DNA of 61,150 nucleotides, the filler included, from Basidiobolus ranarum (Eukaryota), in assembly GCA_040143965.1 (NCBI GenBank). It is 6 parts of 6 records of this genome, joined end to end, with 100 filler letters (N's around TTAATTAATTAA, not from the genome) between each part and the next. Parts side by side here need not be neighbours in the genome. Positions count along the whole stretch, not along the records: positions 20,457 to 30,568 come from JASJQH010000739.1; positions 30,669 to 40,774 come from JASJQH010000740.1; 4 more parts are not named here. One strand, given 5' to 3'. Every line of letters begins with the position of its first letter. Within the stretch, counting starts at the first letter, position 1. Below the pieces are notes generated by a model. That model did no database searches. It was not told the origin of the DNA and was given only the letters and a program-made list of their open reading frames with translations. Shown here piece after piece: positions 23,738 through 36,540 of the stretch. The translations under genes were made by a program, and so were the position numbers.

Positions 23738-26700
23738 GTTACATCAAACTTAGTTAACATTCAATTAAATATCACTTGGCTAAAAAATGGAACATAACTC
23801 TATTCGAGAATAAGGATTGTACTCGTTAGAGGCCAGTTGAACATATCAATTATCCAGGAGGCAGTTGTTTCGATGACTACGATAAGAATAGATCTTTTGA
23901 TGTGAAGTATGGAACAGAGTTTGGGGTTGATTCAGCTAAGACTAATGTATGTTAGTATTTGATTGTTTTGAAACATATTTATTAAAGATGGAATAATTTA
24001 AAACACTAAAGCGCTACTATTTTTGTATTGTTCCTCATTTGTTGTGCGAAATCCAACTCCGCTAATTCTTAGATAATTCACATATCTCCTAAATACGTTC
24101 CAATTTCGAAGTGCTATTTGACTAAGTAATGCTTACTCTGATGTGATCTATGAAGCAGGTAGGTGTTTAAAGAAGGATAACAAATACGATAGAGATCATT
24201 GATGAAGCCTATCACCTCCAACGTACTATTGTATCACCAACGGTTCAAAGCATCTCCATTAGCATGCACACAGCACGAAATCTATTTACCATGGGCACGT
24301 TACTACAAATTAAGCTATCTAAAAAGAAATTTACTTCCATATAGGACACCAAGTACATTCAACCATTTCTAACACCTACACTGATTTAGATACCGCATTA
24401 ATTATTTGACCTTTCTAATTTCAGCAACAACATGATTGGCTTTCTAATCATGATGAGAACCAATTTCAACATTCTCAACCTAATTAAATTCTCTTATATG
24501 GAGACTATTTACGTCGCCAATTTCACATTCTGTGGGATCCAGAACATCCAACATCACCATATATCCATATCACTGATATAGATAGCGTCCAAGCTGACCC
24601 GGGATATATATGTGAAACTGGCGATTACGTTCACCGATCATCCGGTAATATACAGTATATTACCCTACTTGGATTCAGAAAGACAGGAAATTGGAATGAG
24701 AGTTCTAATGGAGAATAAGGAACCAAGGAGGAAGAAATAGAAGCAGTAATGAAGCATTTCATATGACAAATGGAGACTACGTAATACGAATATGTGGAAA
24801 TCTATGGTGTTCTAAACCACGATAGCCATGCACTACGAATCAACCCGAAAGCAGCCAGTTTCAAAGCACGCCCTGAGCCACGGATGGAGAGAATTCACTA
24901 GAAATCATGGTTGGACACAAGTGTATCAATGAATACTGATGATACACGGCAACCATAATAGCCTCCAAAAGAATTATGTGCACCTACTGAGCCAACCAGA
25001 CAGGTACTTAGTGCCCACTTAATCATAACTAAGATGAGATCTATATTGACTTCATTAGAGATAGCGAAGAATTCTCCAACAAAAAGGTGTGCTAAGGAAT
25101 GGCTCGGTCCAACAATTACCGATATTCATTCCCGTATATCTATGGAGATCAGGATATCCATGAACCGAGTCCTGTAGTGATACTCCAGAATAATTGATAT
25201 TCCCTTTCGTATGAAACGGAGTACAATCTGGCACTGCCAAGTGATTATGATGGACTCATTACAACCCTCCTAGTTAGCTATGTTCCGATAAGCTAATTCT
25301 GCTATGCACGAGGGGCAGGGAGATTGGCCACTACTGAATGCATTAGTGGGCAATAGATGTGAGAATTGGAATGTTTCAGGTGGGATAGAAATACTGAATT
25401 GGGTACTAAGAATTGTTCCAAGATCCATACATACATGGATAGCTCACCCTCACTCTGTTCCTCCCCCTGATGTGTTGGAAGTAATTATTGCAACCAGCTG
25501 AATCTACTTAACTGTCCTATTTGGGCTGGATCCTAAATGCATTCGGTAACAGGTCTTGCCAAAAAAAGAAATCCTTGAGATGATTAGATTCTGGGCAAAT
25601 TGAATGGCACCCCTCAGGAAAGCACGGTGCCTACTGAGGGAGCAATTGGCTTCCCCAAAATGACTCTTTCACCAGCTGAGGTGCAACATTTGTAGCCGTT
25701 GAGGGTGAATAGCAACCTAACCAACCAACCTACCACTGATCTCAATTTGTTCCACAACGCACAACGGGACTTATGATCAATATATTCCAGATCCATCCTG
25801 TCGAGATTGGATATGCCACTGAACAAATGAGGAGGCGATGAATATGACGTAGCCATCGGACTTCTAACTGATTGCTACTTAGTTAATTACCACTATGCTC
25901 CGTGTCACCAACAGGCCACATTCTATGGGCTTTGTACCTGGATGGGGTCACGTTGTTGCTGAAGTAGTCGAATGTAGGGATGAACTTTGGGTACACCGTT
26001 AGGTAAGCACCCAGAAGACCCCTACTAGGGAAAAGAAGTGACCATTGTATCCTTTCAGAGAGCAATCAGTGAGCAACAGTCCATTTTTTCCTAAGTTGAT
26101 TCGAAGCTATCGATTGTACAGTATGTTGCCGCCGTCCACTAAATCTCAGCTGGAAAGAACCGTGAACTTGTCTACCGTAGGTCAACTAGAGTGGATCCAA
26201 AGATGCTAAACCACACGTGGATGCTAGCAATTCTTACCTGATAATGAGTCATCCAGGGGAAGTGCCATACATGCTTAATTATTGGAAATCCGGAGCAAAC
26301 CACTCGCCATGCAATCCATGGCCACCTTGTACCTGTCTATATGTAGAAATAACATTAGCTAGGATGGGTTTTAGGTAAAGATGGAGGTCGCTGACGCCTG
26401 TGCAGCCGAGACATCATATCAGCGGTCTGTTCACAACGCAAGCCAAGCTAGCATTTCGAGAGATTGGATCCCTCGAGGAGCATCCTTAGCCATTAATAGA
26501 GCCGAAATGTTGGCTAACCATACTCCGGTGAACGCTAAAGCTATTATTGGCATGCATACGTGGTGATACCTCACAGGATTCTCACTGGTCTGGCAGAGAT
26601 TAAAGAATATTTCGCCTCACTACGCAACTGGCTTTTATCACGCGAAACGAGCATTGCGCAGCACTGTGACACTGGTGAGTAGTAGCGTTCTACCACCAAT

Positions 26701-27580
26701 GCTGAGGTGTAGAATCCATTACACACAATGAATGGTGCATGCCTTTGCCGTGTTTCAACCTAGATCAGGGGATATCAAGGTGTCCAACTAGAAGATATAT
26801 ATATATTATTGGCTTGACACTAATCCATCGCAATAAGATTGTAAGAGATTATATGCAGGATCGCAAATTCACGGGATTTAATGGCTGCTATATTGGGATG
26901 AATTCTACTAAAAAGAGGGCAATCCACTGACTATTTCACCCGAGAGATGGCCTCCAGTGGTAGGGATTGGTCAGGCTAAACATCATGAAACACAAAGAAC
27001 AAGTTCCCAAACTTTGACAACTACTCTTAATTTTCGAACGGTTCTCGGATTTGTCAAGTCTGTATGATTATGGTAGTACGTTGGTTATTATAGAGAAACG
27101 ATCTAAGCTCAGTATATCATCAAACTATATCCGTGGGATCTTGATTTTATGGGGATCCTCGTTTGCATCGGTTGCTTCGGATATACTTGGGACGCATTTA
27201 CTTAAAGCATCTTAAGCTAGGCACTCGGGTTTTTTTTCGTCATCCAGGTGATTCTCCTTCATACTGGTTTCTCACTCTCTGCTTTCTTGGTCATAAACTC
27301 TCGGTTTCTTTCGGTTTTTCACTTTCAAACCGGTATCTCTATTGGTTTGCACTTTACACCCTTTTGGCCCACTTTAGGTAACAGTAACTAACAACTCCTC
27401 ACTGTTTATGGAATACTCTCTACAAACTCTAACCAACTAACTTATTCCTTTAAAAGTTGTAGTGGAAGAACGTCGTTTATTTGTTAAAGAGAAATTCAAA
27501 AGAGATACTGAAGGTTAAGTTACGACAAAGTCAAAAGAATAGCTTACTTGACTTGAGTCAACCATTATTTTTCTTTTAAA

Positions 27581-29383
27581 ATGCAGTTGAAATATTCTTT
27601 ACATCGATTCGTATTTCAAAACGATATCACTGGTTTGGAGAATGCCTTAGGTGGCTCTCTTTACAACGAAATCAACGGAAAGGACCATCATGGGAACACT
27701 CCGCTTCAGCTGTCGTTGCTTTTGGGACACACTGACGTTGCTCACCTCTTGCTGGACCGAGGGGCAGATTGCGTTAGCCGTCGCCAAGATCGTAATGGCG
27801 TACCAGCTTGGAGTCCATTAGACGATTCAGTGGCACTCCAAGATCGAGACCTTGTCAAGAAGATTATGCTGAAGTCTATCGAACAACAAACTAGGGACTG
27901 GTGTACACCACCTGTTAATGTTGTACCTGAACACCTCGACGAACCTTCAACTAACAAGAATCCCGTCGATTCAAAGGATTCCTTAGGGGGTGGACCTTTA
28001 GCCAAACTAAATCAGAGATTGGGAGAAACATTGGATATGACATTACATTGGAAGTTCACCAGTCGTTTATCTAATATGTTAGCTAGACACACGTTGCCTA
28101 GAGATGCCTTGAGGATTCGTAAAAAGGGATGCTATTTTAGAATTGATTTCGGTGAGCCAACGCTACAATTGAGTGGTGGATTCAATCAGCAAGATGAAAG
28201 GTCTCCCGAGGTGATTCAAAAACGTCGACAATTCTTAAAGAAGAATAATTTAAATAGATTCAGCTTAGTTATACGTGCGGATGACCCCAATATTCCTCAA
28301 GCGTTTCCACTCCCCCCGACCGTTCTCTTGGTAGATCATGAGCGTGAGTGTATACAAGAACTTTATCCTAATCCAACTGACTTCCTTATCGATAACTTGG
28401 TGGCGAATTGTATGCGATCCCCAATGGTTAAGTGGTGGTTACCTTTGCAAACAGTTTCCATCAAACAGCAAAGTGAGTCCAAGATGAGCTTGCTGAAAAG
28501 AAAGAACGGCTCCCCCGTTTACAAGATTAAGGATGTTTCCATTTCCATTTTGGTACGAGAATTGGTGGAGAATTTATGGACTAGTCCCAACGGTCGAACC
28601 GTCAGAGTCTCTTCCAATGCTTTAATTAGTAAACTTCGTTCACTTGGATTCAGTGGGCTAGATACGCTACTATCGGATGACTTGGGTGATACAATCGTCA
28701 AATCTAACAATGAACATAATCAAGATCCTTTGGATTCAGATAGTGATTTGGGTTCGGACTCCGATGATGATGCAACCAGTACCAATTCGAATGGAAAGAC
28801 TTCTGGGCCTCTGTTCAAATTCCTAAAACGCAGTGATAAGCAGGATGCAGCAAGCAAACGACAGTCTGTTGCTTGGGATGAAGTGAATCTGGAGCAGTTG
28901 GGAAATATGTACTCTAGTGAACAGGAATTGATGCCCGTAGCTGCTGCCGACAATTATGAAGATTACTTTACCGAAGGTAATACTGGAGCCATCACATTCT
29001 CCAAGGCTAAAGTCAGTACACAAATGTTCAAATTTGAGTGTAAACAAGCGATTAAGGTCTGTTGGGCTCAACCTAACGGAAACAATAAGAGCAAAAATCT
29101 GAGCAATGGCAATAATGGATTCCCAATCACTCTCAGCCAAATCTCCCCCGTATTAGAACATTTGTTTGGAGGCGGTATTCTAGATTGGGCTGGATTTTCT
29201 CGGTTGTGCAATATTGCACACAAGGATGGTGAAGTTCCGACTGGGTTTCCGGTCAAGATAGACCTGCCTATTCACCCAGTGTTAGGAGTGAGAATTAGTA
29301 CAAAAGAATGTGAAGTAGGTTCAGAAATATCCAAAGAAGAGTTTTGGTTTAATGACTATCAATTTGGAGTAATTATTAAATAG
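27581..29383 (+). CDS. ANKRD13-family protein (N-terminal ankyrin repeats plus GPCR-chaperone-type domain), 600 aa, no coding introns
   Basis: Ankyrin motifs LHRFV..ND, DHHGNTPLQLSLLLGH and WSPLDDSV; middle WKFTS...LPRDALRIRKKGCYFRID; C-terminal PTGFPVKIDLPI, typical of ANKRD13. Confidence 0.8.
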   Translation: MQLKYSLHRFVFQNDITGLENALGGSLYNEINGKDHHGNTPLQLSLLLGHTDVAHLLLDRGADCVSRRQDRNGVPAWSPLDDSVALQDRDLVKKIMLKSIEQQTRDWCTPPVNVVPEHLDEPSTNKNPVDSKDSLGGGPLAKLNQRLGETLDMTLHWKFTSRLSNMLARHTLPRDALRIRKKGCYFRIDFGEPTLQLSGGFNQQDERSPEVIQKRRQFLKKNNLNRFSLVIRADDPNIPQAFPLPPTVLLVDHERECIQELYPNPTDFLIDNLVANCMRSPMVKWWLPLQTVSIKQQSESKMSLLKRKNGSPVYKIKDVSISILVRELVENLWTSPNGRTVRVSSNALISKLRSLGFSGLDTLLSDDLGDTIVKSNNEHNQDPLDSDSDLGSDSDDDATSTNSNGKTSGPLFKFLKRSDKQDAASKRQSVAWDEVNLEQLGNMYSSEQELMPVAAADNYEDYFTEGNTGAITFSKAKVSTQMFKFECKQAIKVCWAQPNGNNKSKNLSNGNNGFPITLSQISPVLEHLFGGGILDWAGFSRLCNIAHKDGEVPTGFPVKIDLPIHPVLGVRISTKECEVGSEISKEEFWFNDYQFGVIIK

Positions 29384-30568
29384 CCTCCCAGCGTTTTATC
29401 GATTGGCAACAACTCCTTCGTACTCTTGGATATCTATTCCCAAGTTATATATCTTTAGAAACCCCATTCCCCATTTTCTCTATATGCATTCCACGAACGT
29501 ATAAATATCTCCATCCCTTGAGCTGCCACTATTCCTATCACCGAGAGATATTCATCCGTATCCTAAGGATTGGGCAGGATTGGCAGTGTGCACTTTTCAT
29601 TAATTCATGATGTTCATTTTGAGGTTTATTGAGGTTTATTTTCACCGATGTTTGTCCAAGTTAAATCGAGCCTAACCTCTCAAGCTTTAATCAATATAAA
29701 CAGCCAGCTTTCAATCTTCATATCTTGTTTCCCTCGAATGAGCATTTCCGAACGAATCTCCAAACATGGACTCTGATTCGACGATTTCATTGGTTCTAGA
29801 AATGGATTTCCTTAAAAGAACCGGCAGCTCTGAAACATTCAGTGAATTGGTTTGTTTAGAAAAAAAAGACTCTCGGACGCCAATTGGGCCATCCTGCTCT
29901 GCTCATAAACAACACATTCTCAGGTTGTGAAGTTTCTTAGGGGCTGTAAGAGGCAAAAGGCGGGTATCCATTTACCCATGCATCTTACATCCAAGTCGCT
30001 ATTTCTTTTCTGAATGAGACGTACCGAACGACATTCTCAATCATGAGAAGCAACTGCCAGGAGAATGAATGGCTGATTGGCTAAAGGGCTCTTTGTGCAG
30101 ATGGACGTGGTATATGTCATAAGTGGACGAGATCCAATCTCACAATCTTCGGAATTCTATGGATTCGTTTGGGGTTCATTGGCTAGGTGAGAGAGACGAC
30201 ACAGTCAATCAGAAATATCACCAGTGTCTCTCTACATATGGGAAGCATTATCATACTTTTGACGTCCCAAAATTAGTCTTGTCGTTTAGTGACTAAATCA
30301 AGTAAAATAAATGCAGATTGGTTTAGGCCATAGGGTGGGCTAGGTTACAGCTATATAGCTATGGATTTAGACATAGGCAGAAACTTTTAACGAAGCTAGA
30401 TGCCGACCGGATTAGTCCGAGTTAAGCTAGGGTTGACGATCTCGGTGGTGAGAGTAGTCACACCATCAACAGAACAGTCCCAGGGCACTTAGAATCGTCT
30501 ACCTTAGCCTTCACCACCACTACTGGGCCCACCACGCTTGGAGGAGCTACTGGGGAGAGGGCGATGTA

Positions 30569-30668
30569 NNNNNNNNNNNNNNNNNNNNNNNNNNNNNNNN
30601 NNNNNNNNNNNNTTAATTAATTAANNNNNNNNNNNNNNNNNNNNNNNNNNNNNNNNNNNNNNNNNNNN
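30569..30668. other. Artificial contig-joining linker
   Basis: N run + TTAATTAATTAA + N run. Confidence 0.98.
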
Positions 30669-32114
30669 CAAAATTGAATTTTAGCCCTTCTGAGGTGGCC
30701 TTGCATAAAGATATTACATTCTTGTCAATATCTGGAACATGGAGTTCATCCTTAAAAGTATACACTCTCTCTTCAGAAGCTCCAGTTAATTTGATATGAA
30801 TTGTCCCATTCCAATAGCATCCACTGTGTGGTCATCTACTATGAAAACCTTTCTAATTTGGATTTCTTCATAATCCACAAACTAATGTTTTTCATTTGTA
30901 AAATGTCAGGAGGCTCCAGAATCAATATATCACATCTGAGAATCCTTGTTGGTAGTCATAGATAGAGCAGATATGAACAAGAGATCTTCTGTTGTAACCA
31001 CATTTCCAGATTCAGTATGTTCTTCTTCTTTTGCAATTCTTTTAAAGCAATCATTGCTTAATTGGCCAGTTCTTTTACAATATTCACCAAATGTGTTACT
31101 TTTCCCCTTAAAGTGCTTTTGACCTCTATAGGAAGGTTTCCCATAGCCTATTAAAGCATGTTCTTCATTCTTTTGGGTGGATCCCAAGTTGCATAAATCT
31201 TCATTCAGAAGTCTGCCAAATATATAATTTAAGGTCAATTGTCAGTTCTTGATTCTAGAGCCTTTACTGGGCTCTGAAACTTGTGTGGCAGGCTATTCAG
31301 GACTATAATTATGATATCTTGATGAGTGGTAGGTACTCCAATGCATTCCACTTCATTCACTAAAATAGTGACTCTATTATTTAGTGATTTAATGTCTTCT
31401 CCTAGCTTCATCTTTAAGTTAAAGAATTGTCTTCTTAGAAACATCTTGTTGGCAGCAGAACTTTTTTGGTCAGTGTTTTCCAAGGCTTTCCATACCTTCT
31501 TGGCAGTTTTAGCTCTCAAACATTGAATTAGCAATTTGTCTTTAACACTGAGACAAATTGTGTTGTTGGCACTTTGTTCTTTTAACCTGGGGTAAAACTT
31601 GAGTTTCAGATAGTTTGGCATTGTTTTTTCCCCTTCAACAATATCCCAAAGTTCTTTTTTATGCAACAGCATTTTCATTTTAATTTTCCCAACTTGATTG
31701 TTGTTCCATCCAATTGCTCAGAAGAGGGAAAAGTTTCAGAAATTTGAGTAGACATTATAGAGAGTACAAGCATGGTGCTAATAACCTGTCAAAGTATTTG
31801 GGAACCTGTTGGAAGTGGTTTTAAAAATTAGAGAAACTGGTGTTTTCACTTGTTGATTTATCAAGTAGAAAGTTGACATTTATAGTGTTGGCAAAATATA
31901 AACCAACTAACATCTAGAATGTGCTAAGAAAGATCCCAGGAACATATGTGCAAAGTTTGGGGCTTCCAGTGCAGGTTTAAAAATCTATATATCTGAGAAC
32001 TTTCAAGTAAATTCCTTATGAGAATAACAGGCTATATCTTAGTGAAAATATAGGATAACTAAATACTAAGCTATATATGACTGTATGGGTGCTTAGGCAA
32101 TGCTAACTTCAACA
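30669..32114 (-). mobile_element. Degenerate Ty1/Copia LTR retrotransposon, 5' part: LTR 32114-31787, PBS 31786-31774, gag-protease relic from ATG 31755, cut by the contig edge
   Basis: Gag segments KMKMLLHKKELWDIVEG, AKKVWKALE, KMFLRRQFFNLKM and LNSLPHKF; an eroded zinc knuckle YCKRTGQLSNDC; protease (W>*)YIDSGAS*HFT and LHVPDIDKNVIS. Stops and frameshifts are present. Confidence 0.92.
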
Positions 32115-32631
32115 CCTATAGCATCATATGGTTAGTGTATAAATATGTAATATTGGAAACATGTTTTAAGATATAGTGATATTCCAGGATATTGATTAAT
32201 AGATCTGAATTAGTGAACATATCTCGAAATTCAAATAATTCCGTTCCTCAAACCATCTTTTAAAATTTATAGTTATAGGAATAGTTAATCATAACCTATT
32301 TTCTCTTAAGACAGAAAAATAGTAATCGCATAAATGATCAGGTGAATATAAAATGAATTCAAGAGAAACCAAATGTTTGACATCATATTTATATATCCCA
32401 TGGAAAATTCTTCACGAATCTTGTAAGAATGGTTTAACATGTAAAGAGAGATCTATGGTTCCTAATTTAGTGGGAGAATGCTTTGAGGTTTTTATAATAG
32501 TGTAAAGTGAGAAAGATATGAAAGGAGATATATAAATGTTTTGCTTAAATATGATGACTATTATTCATATTTAAAATATGACAAAGGCAAGATAGGGGAT
32601 GGGCTTGGGGCTTGGCATTGGGGGTAGGAAT

Positions 32632-34069
32632 TTAAAGGTTTAGGGAATCAGCATAAGGGAGGGTGTAAACATTACCATGGGCGGCTGAAGAAGTCTTGGA
32701 TTTGAGTACCTTGGCGGCGACATTTTGGACATCCTTCACTGAGATCTTCTCAATCTGTTGGACTAATTCAGCAGAAGAGAATGACTTGCCAGAGGCGAGA
32801 AGTTGATTTCCATAGACCTCAGCACGACCGAGACGAGTTTCGTAAAGGGAAACGGTGGCATACTTGGCTTGAGCAACGGCACGTTGGAATTCTTCTTCAG
32901 AGATGTTCTCGGTGGCCTTCTTGAGTTGATCAACGGCAACCTTGGTGAGCTCGCTTACACTAGCGTTAGGACCTTGGACATAGATACCAAACAATCCGGC
33001 GTCAGAGTAACCAGTATTGAAAGTAGCAATGGAGGCACCAGAGATCTTGGAAGCAGCTTCGGTAAGAGCAGAGCCTCCAACAGCCCACTTAGCACGCTTC
33101 TCACCGCCCAACAAATGACGAAGGACTTGAAGCTTGGCGAACTCATCAGAGAAAATAGGAGCACCTTCGAAAGCAAGAGCAAAATGACCAGTTTCACCTG
33201 ATGCTTCGATACGAGCCTCTCCACCAAAGTACTTGGAAGGAGCGGTAGCAGAGGCAGAGCCATTGGCAATGTCAGAGAAATATTTGGAAACAAGTTCGGC
33301 AACTTGCTCTTGTTCGACTCCATTAGCAACAACAGCAATGTTAGAGTCAACGAACTTTTGACCAACAAAAGCCTTCAATGATTCGCAGGAAACCTTGGAA
33401 GCGGGAGAAGCGTAGATGGAGTTTCCAAGACCTGAACGGAAAGCAGTGCTATGAAGAGCCTCAATTACGGCAACCTCGGGATTAGCAAGAGCAATCTTTG
33501 ACTCTTGTACAACAGTCTTGTGGATATCCTTGAATTCGTAATTCTCGTACTTGGTATCGGCTACGACCTCACCAAGAAGTTCGACAAAGTATGGTCTGGT
33601 AAAAATTGTATTAATATAGATTTCTATATAAAGTTCATTGATAAGCGTAGATATTTACAAGTCTTCGCGGAGGAATTCAGCAGAGTACACAAGGCTTTCA
33701 CGACCGAGACTAGTGGTCAAAAAGGCACCTTGGAGTTCAGCTTCACGAGTAATGCGTAGAGCAGAGCGCTTGTTAGTGTTCTAAGAAATAGATTTATGTT
33801 AATCATAAGTATTGAAGTATATGAAATTATTCAAAGTATACCTTGAAGCCAAAATTTTTCAAGTGATGGGCAACGCCAAGATTGGAGGAATCCTCAGCAC
33901 GGCTACCAGCACCAACAACAACAGACAAGGAAGCGACTGGGGATTGTTCAGGGAGTGTGGCAACACGAATTCCATTTGAGGTGGCAGTGGAGACAGCGGA
34001 ATAGCTAGCCTTCTGAATCAAAGGGAGGACGACAGAGGCGGTCTTTTTGGTGAAAGCACTTTGAAGCAT
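32632..34069 (-). CDS. QCR2: Cytochrome bc1 core protein 2 (M16 family), 437 aa; exons 34069-33842, 33780-33659, 33595-32632
   Basis: AGSRAE...GVAHHLKNFGFKNTNKRSALRITREAEL, YSDAGLFGIY and C-terminal LPYADSL. The spliced CDS is 1314 nt and in frame. Confidence 0.92.
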
Positions 34070-36540
34070 TTTAAAAAAAACTAGTTGGAAAAAGGAAAAG
34101 GACACCTCTGAGAGAACAAGTTAAGATTGAGCAGGAGTAAAATTGGCTACTCTACTTGGTAATGAAATTTTTTGACCGAATTGTATCTAAAAGCACAAAT
34201 CCTACATTCTACCCACTAACATCACGTGAATCGCGCGGTGAGAGGTTGGCATTACCCCACACAATTTCACCCACCCCAAATTGCTGATTTTTCCTTCTGA
34301 ATACACACTCCAGTAACGATGGAAATTGGGGTGAACACTGGAGCTAGTATTTGTGACATAAAACAGTGATGTAGGTGAATAGCGAAGTGATCTAGATAAA
34401 TGGTCAAGTAAAATGCAGCCATTGCCAAGTACTAAGCATAGTGATACTTGGCTTACCTCCAAGGCTAGAAATTCTTCAGCAATGAGTACGAGTGAACTAC
34501 AACCTAGCAGTATAAGTAATTACAAAGATAGTATAAATAAACCCATCATTGATATATGCTACATTGGTTTCCCTCTAATAAAAATAAGGGATGGCAGCTA
34601 TTAGTTGCTATTATTATTAGAATTCAATAGTGGCCTCAACAAACACTATCAGAATTAACTTCATTACTCCTCAATATAACATAGCTCTTCTGAAATCAAT
34701 GCCATCGTCAGTAACTAGATCCACTCCACTACCCATTTTCTTCAACCTTTCAGAGATCATCCCAAGAAATATTCCAGAGTCACAACCAAAAAGAGACATG
34801 AAACCAACTCACTTGACATTGATCAAATTTCAGAAAGAGAAGGGAGCGCATTATATCGTTTATGTAATGCTGGCACAGATATTACAATATCAGCATTAGT
34901 TAAATTGCTAGTAGATCTTTTGAAAATCAAGTTACCAGATGTACTTCCTTCCCAAACTTGAACTAATGCAGTGACCATGAGATAGCTGATCGGAGTGGAT
35001 AATAGGAACGTCATCGTGATGAATTTGCTTTCCAAAGATAATAGCTGTAAGGCTGGGATACACCTTAATGTATTCAACATACTGGATGCATAAGGTCCAT
35101 TTCTGATTCTGATTTTCACTCCTGCTATTTGTCTTCACCGACACAGCAAGATTCAAGACGTAGCCTCAATCTAACACTATATTGATACAGCGGTCAGATT
35201 TTCAATATACTACAGAGCACCAATTAGGAATACTGGTTCAGACTCACCAGCAAGGTGTCTAGAACCACTAGGAGCAATATTACAGCATTTAAGGCGGTAT
35301 GAATGCTTCCGGACTCATTTCAAGTGTAACACGTAGGATGTGTTTTATATACAGGAACTAGAGCGTCTCTGTGTTATAACAACACACAGGAGTTTACATG
35401 ACCGAGGAGGTAATCGAGTACACAAAAAAACCGCGATGGAATGGGCGGAAATTTCCAATGGTTCTGGCAATAATATGTCGAGCATTTAATGAATACACAA
35501 TATTGCATGCATCCCCACTCTGCTAATATTATACCCTACATTTCTCACGATTCAAAAATTTATCGATTGTCAGATTGTTGCTACGGAAAGCCCAAGGTCT
35601 CAATCTCAATCGATTAATTCAACAAGTTAATCGATTACACCTGAACTAAGAAACTATGATCAACTAGCAACTTTTGTGTCATTCCTCTAGAAAATAAAGA
35701 ATATTCCAAGTCAAATAGTTAACATAAGCAATGCGCATGATAAAACTACTGAGAGAATATCATTTTACCCAACTTCGTCTTCCTTGAGCGATTCAACTTT
35801 CCCATGCTTCCTTGCAAGAGATTTCAAGATAACAATCCACCGGTGGGGCCAATAACGTTGAATACTTATTTGATTTCATTTAGCTATTAGTTGTAAGTAA
35901 TTAATCACATCATGAACATTTCTTTACCATGCTATGTTGTGAAACAATCCACAATGATGAGTGTTCTTGAAACTCGGTAAACTTGGTTACATTTAAAACA
36001 GATGCCAACTATTTAAGCTTAAGTAAGTCATATATATGGTGGTAACCCTAACCCTAATCTTATTTTAGTACAAACAATTCTTTTATTAGCAACTATTTGA
36101 ATAGGTGATGCCTTATTAAATACGCCTCAAAATCATCCAAGAATAACATTTTCTTTCCTTTCCTATACATGCGCCGATTAGCCGTAGATTAATGAGGAAG
36201 TTTATCTCCAAACGGCTCTTTCCGTAGGCAAGTATGTTGTATATGTGAATTTGTCCCGATCGAACTAGATTGGTACTCATCAGCTTTCACAGTGCACCAA
36301 CAAACAAGTATTAATTATTTTTGAACACGCCATAAGGATCATGCCCGAATTTCTTCTAGATATAGTATCTGGATGTTTCAACAAATCCCAAAATGAATAC
36401 ATCTCTGAAATAGGGAAAACCATGTTAAAATTAGGCTACTACCAATCAATAAAATTCTTCTCAACAACTGCTATAAAGATAACCCTCGTAACTAGAATTA
36501 TTCTTTAGTTTCGTTTCCCATTACTTTATACAACATAACT

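Noticed and set aside
25600-26700. GC-richer block with minus-strand splice-like sites and short ORFs
   Set aside because: I could not build a consistent reading frame or recognise a domain.
30420-30568. GC-rich contig end, possibly the 3' end of a minus-strand gene
   Set aside because: It is too short and the frame is ambiguous.
34200-35160. Short ORFs with NQKW / YWSVYSEGKI, reminiscent of ricin-B QxW repeats
   Set aside because: These are isolated short matches in different ORFs with no coherent gene model.
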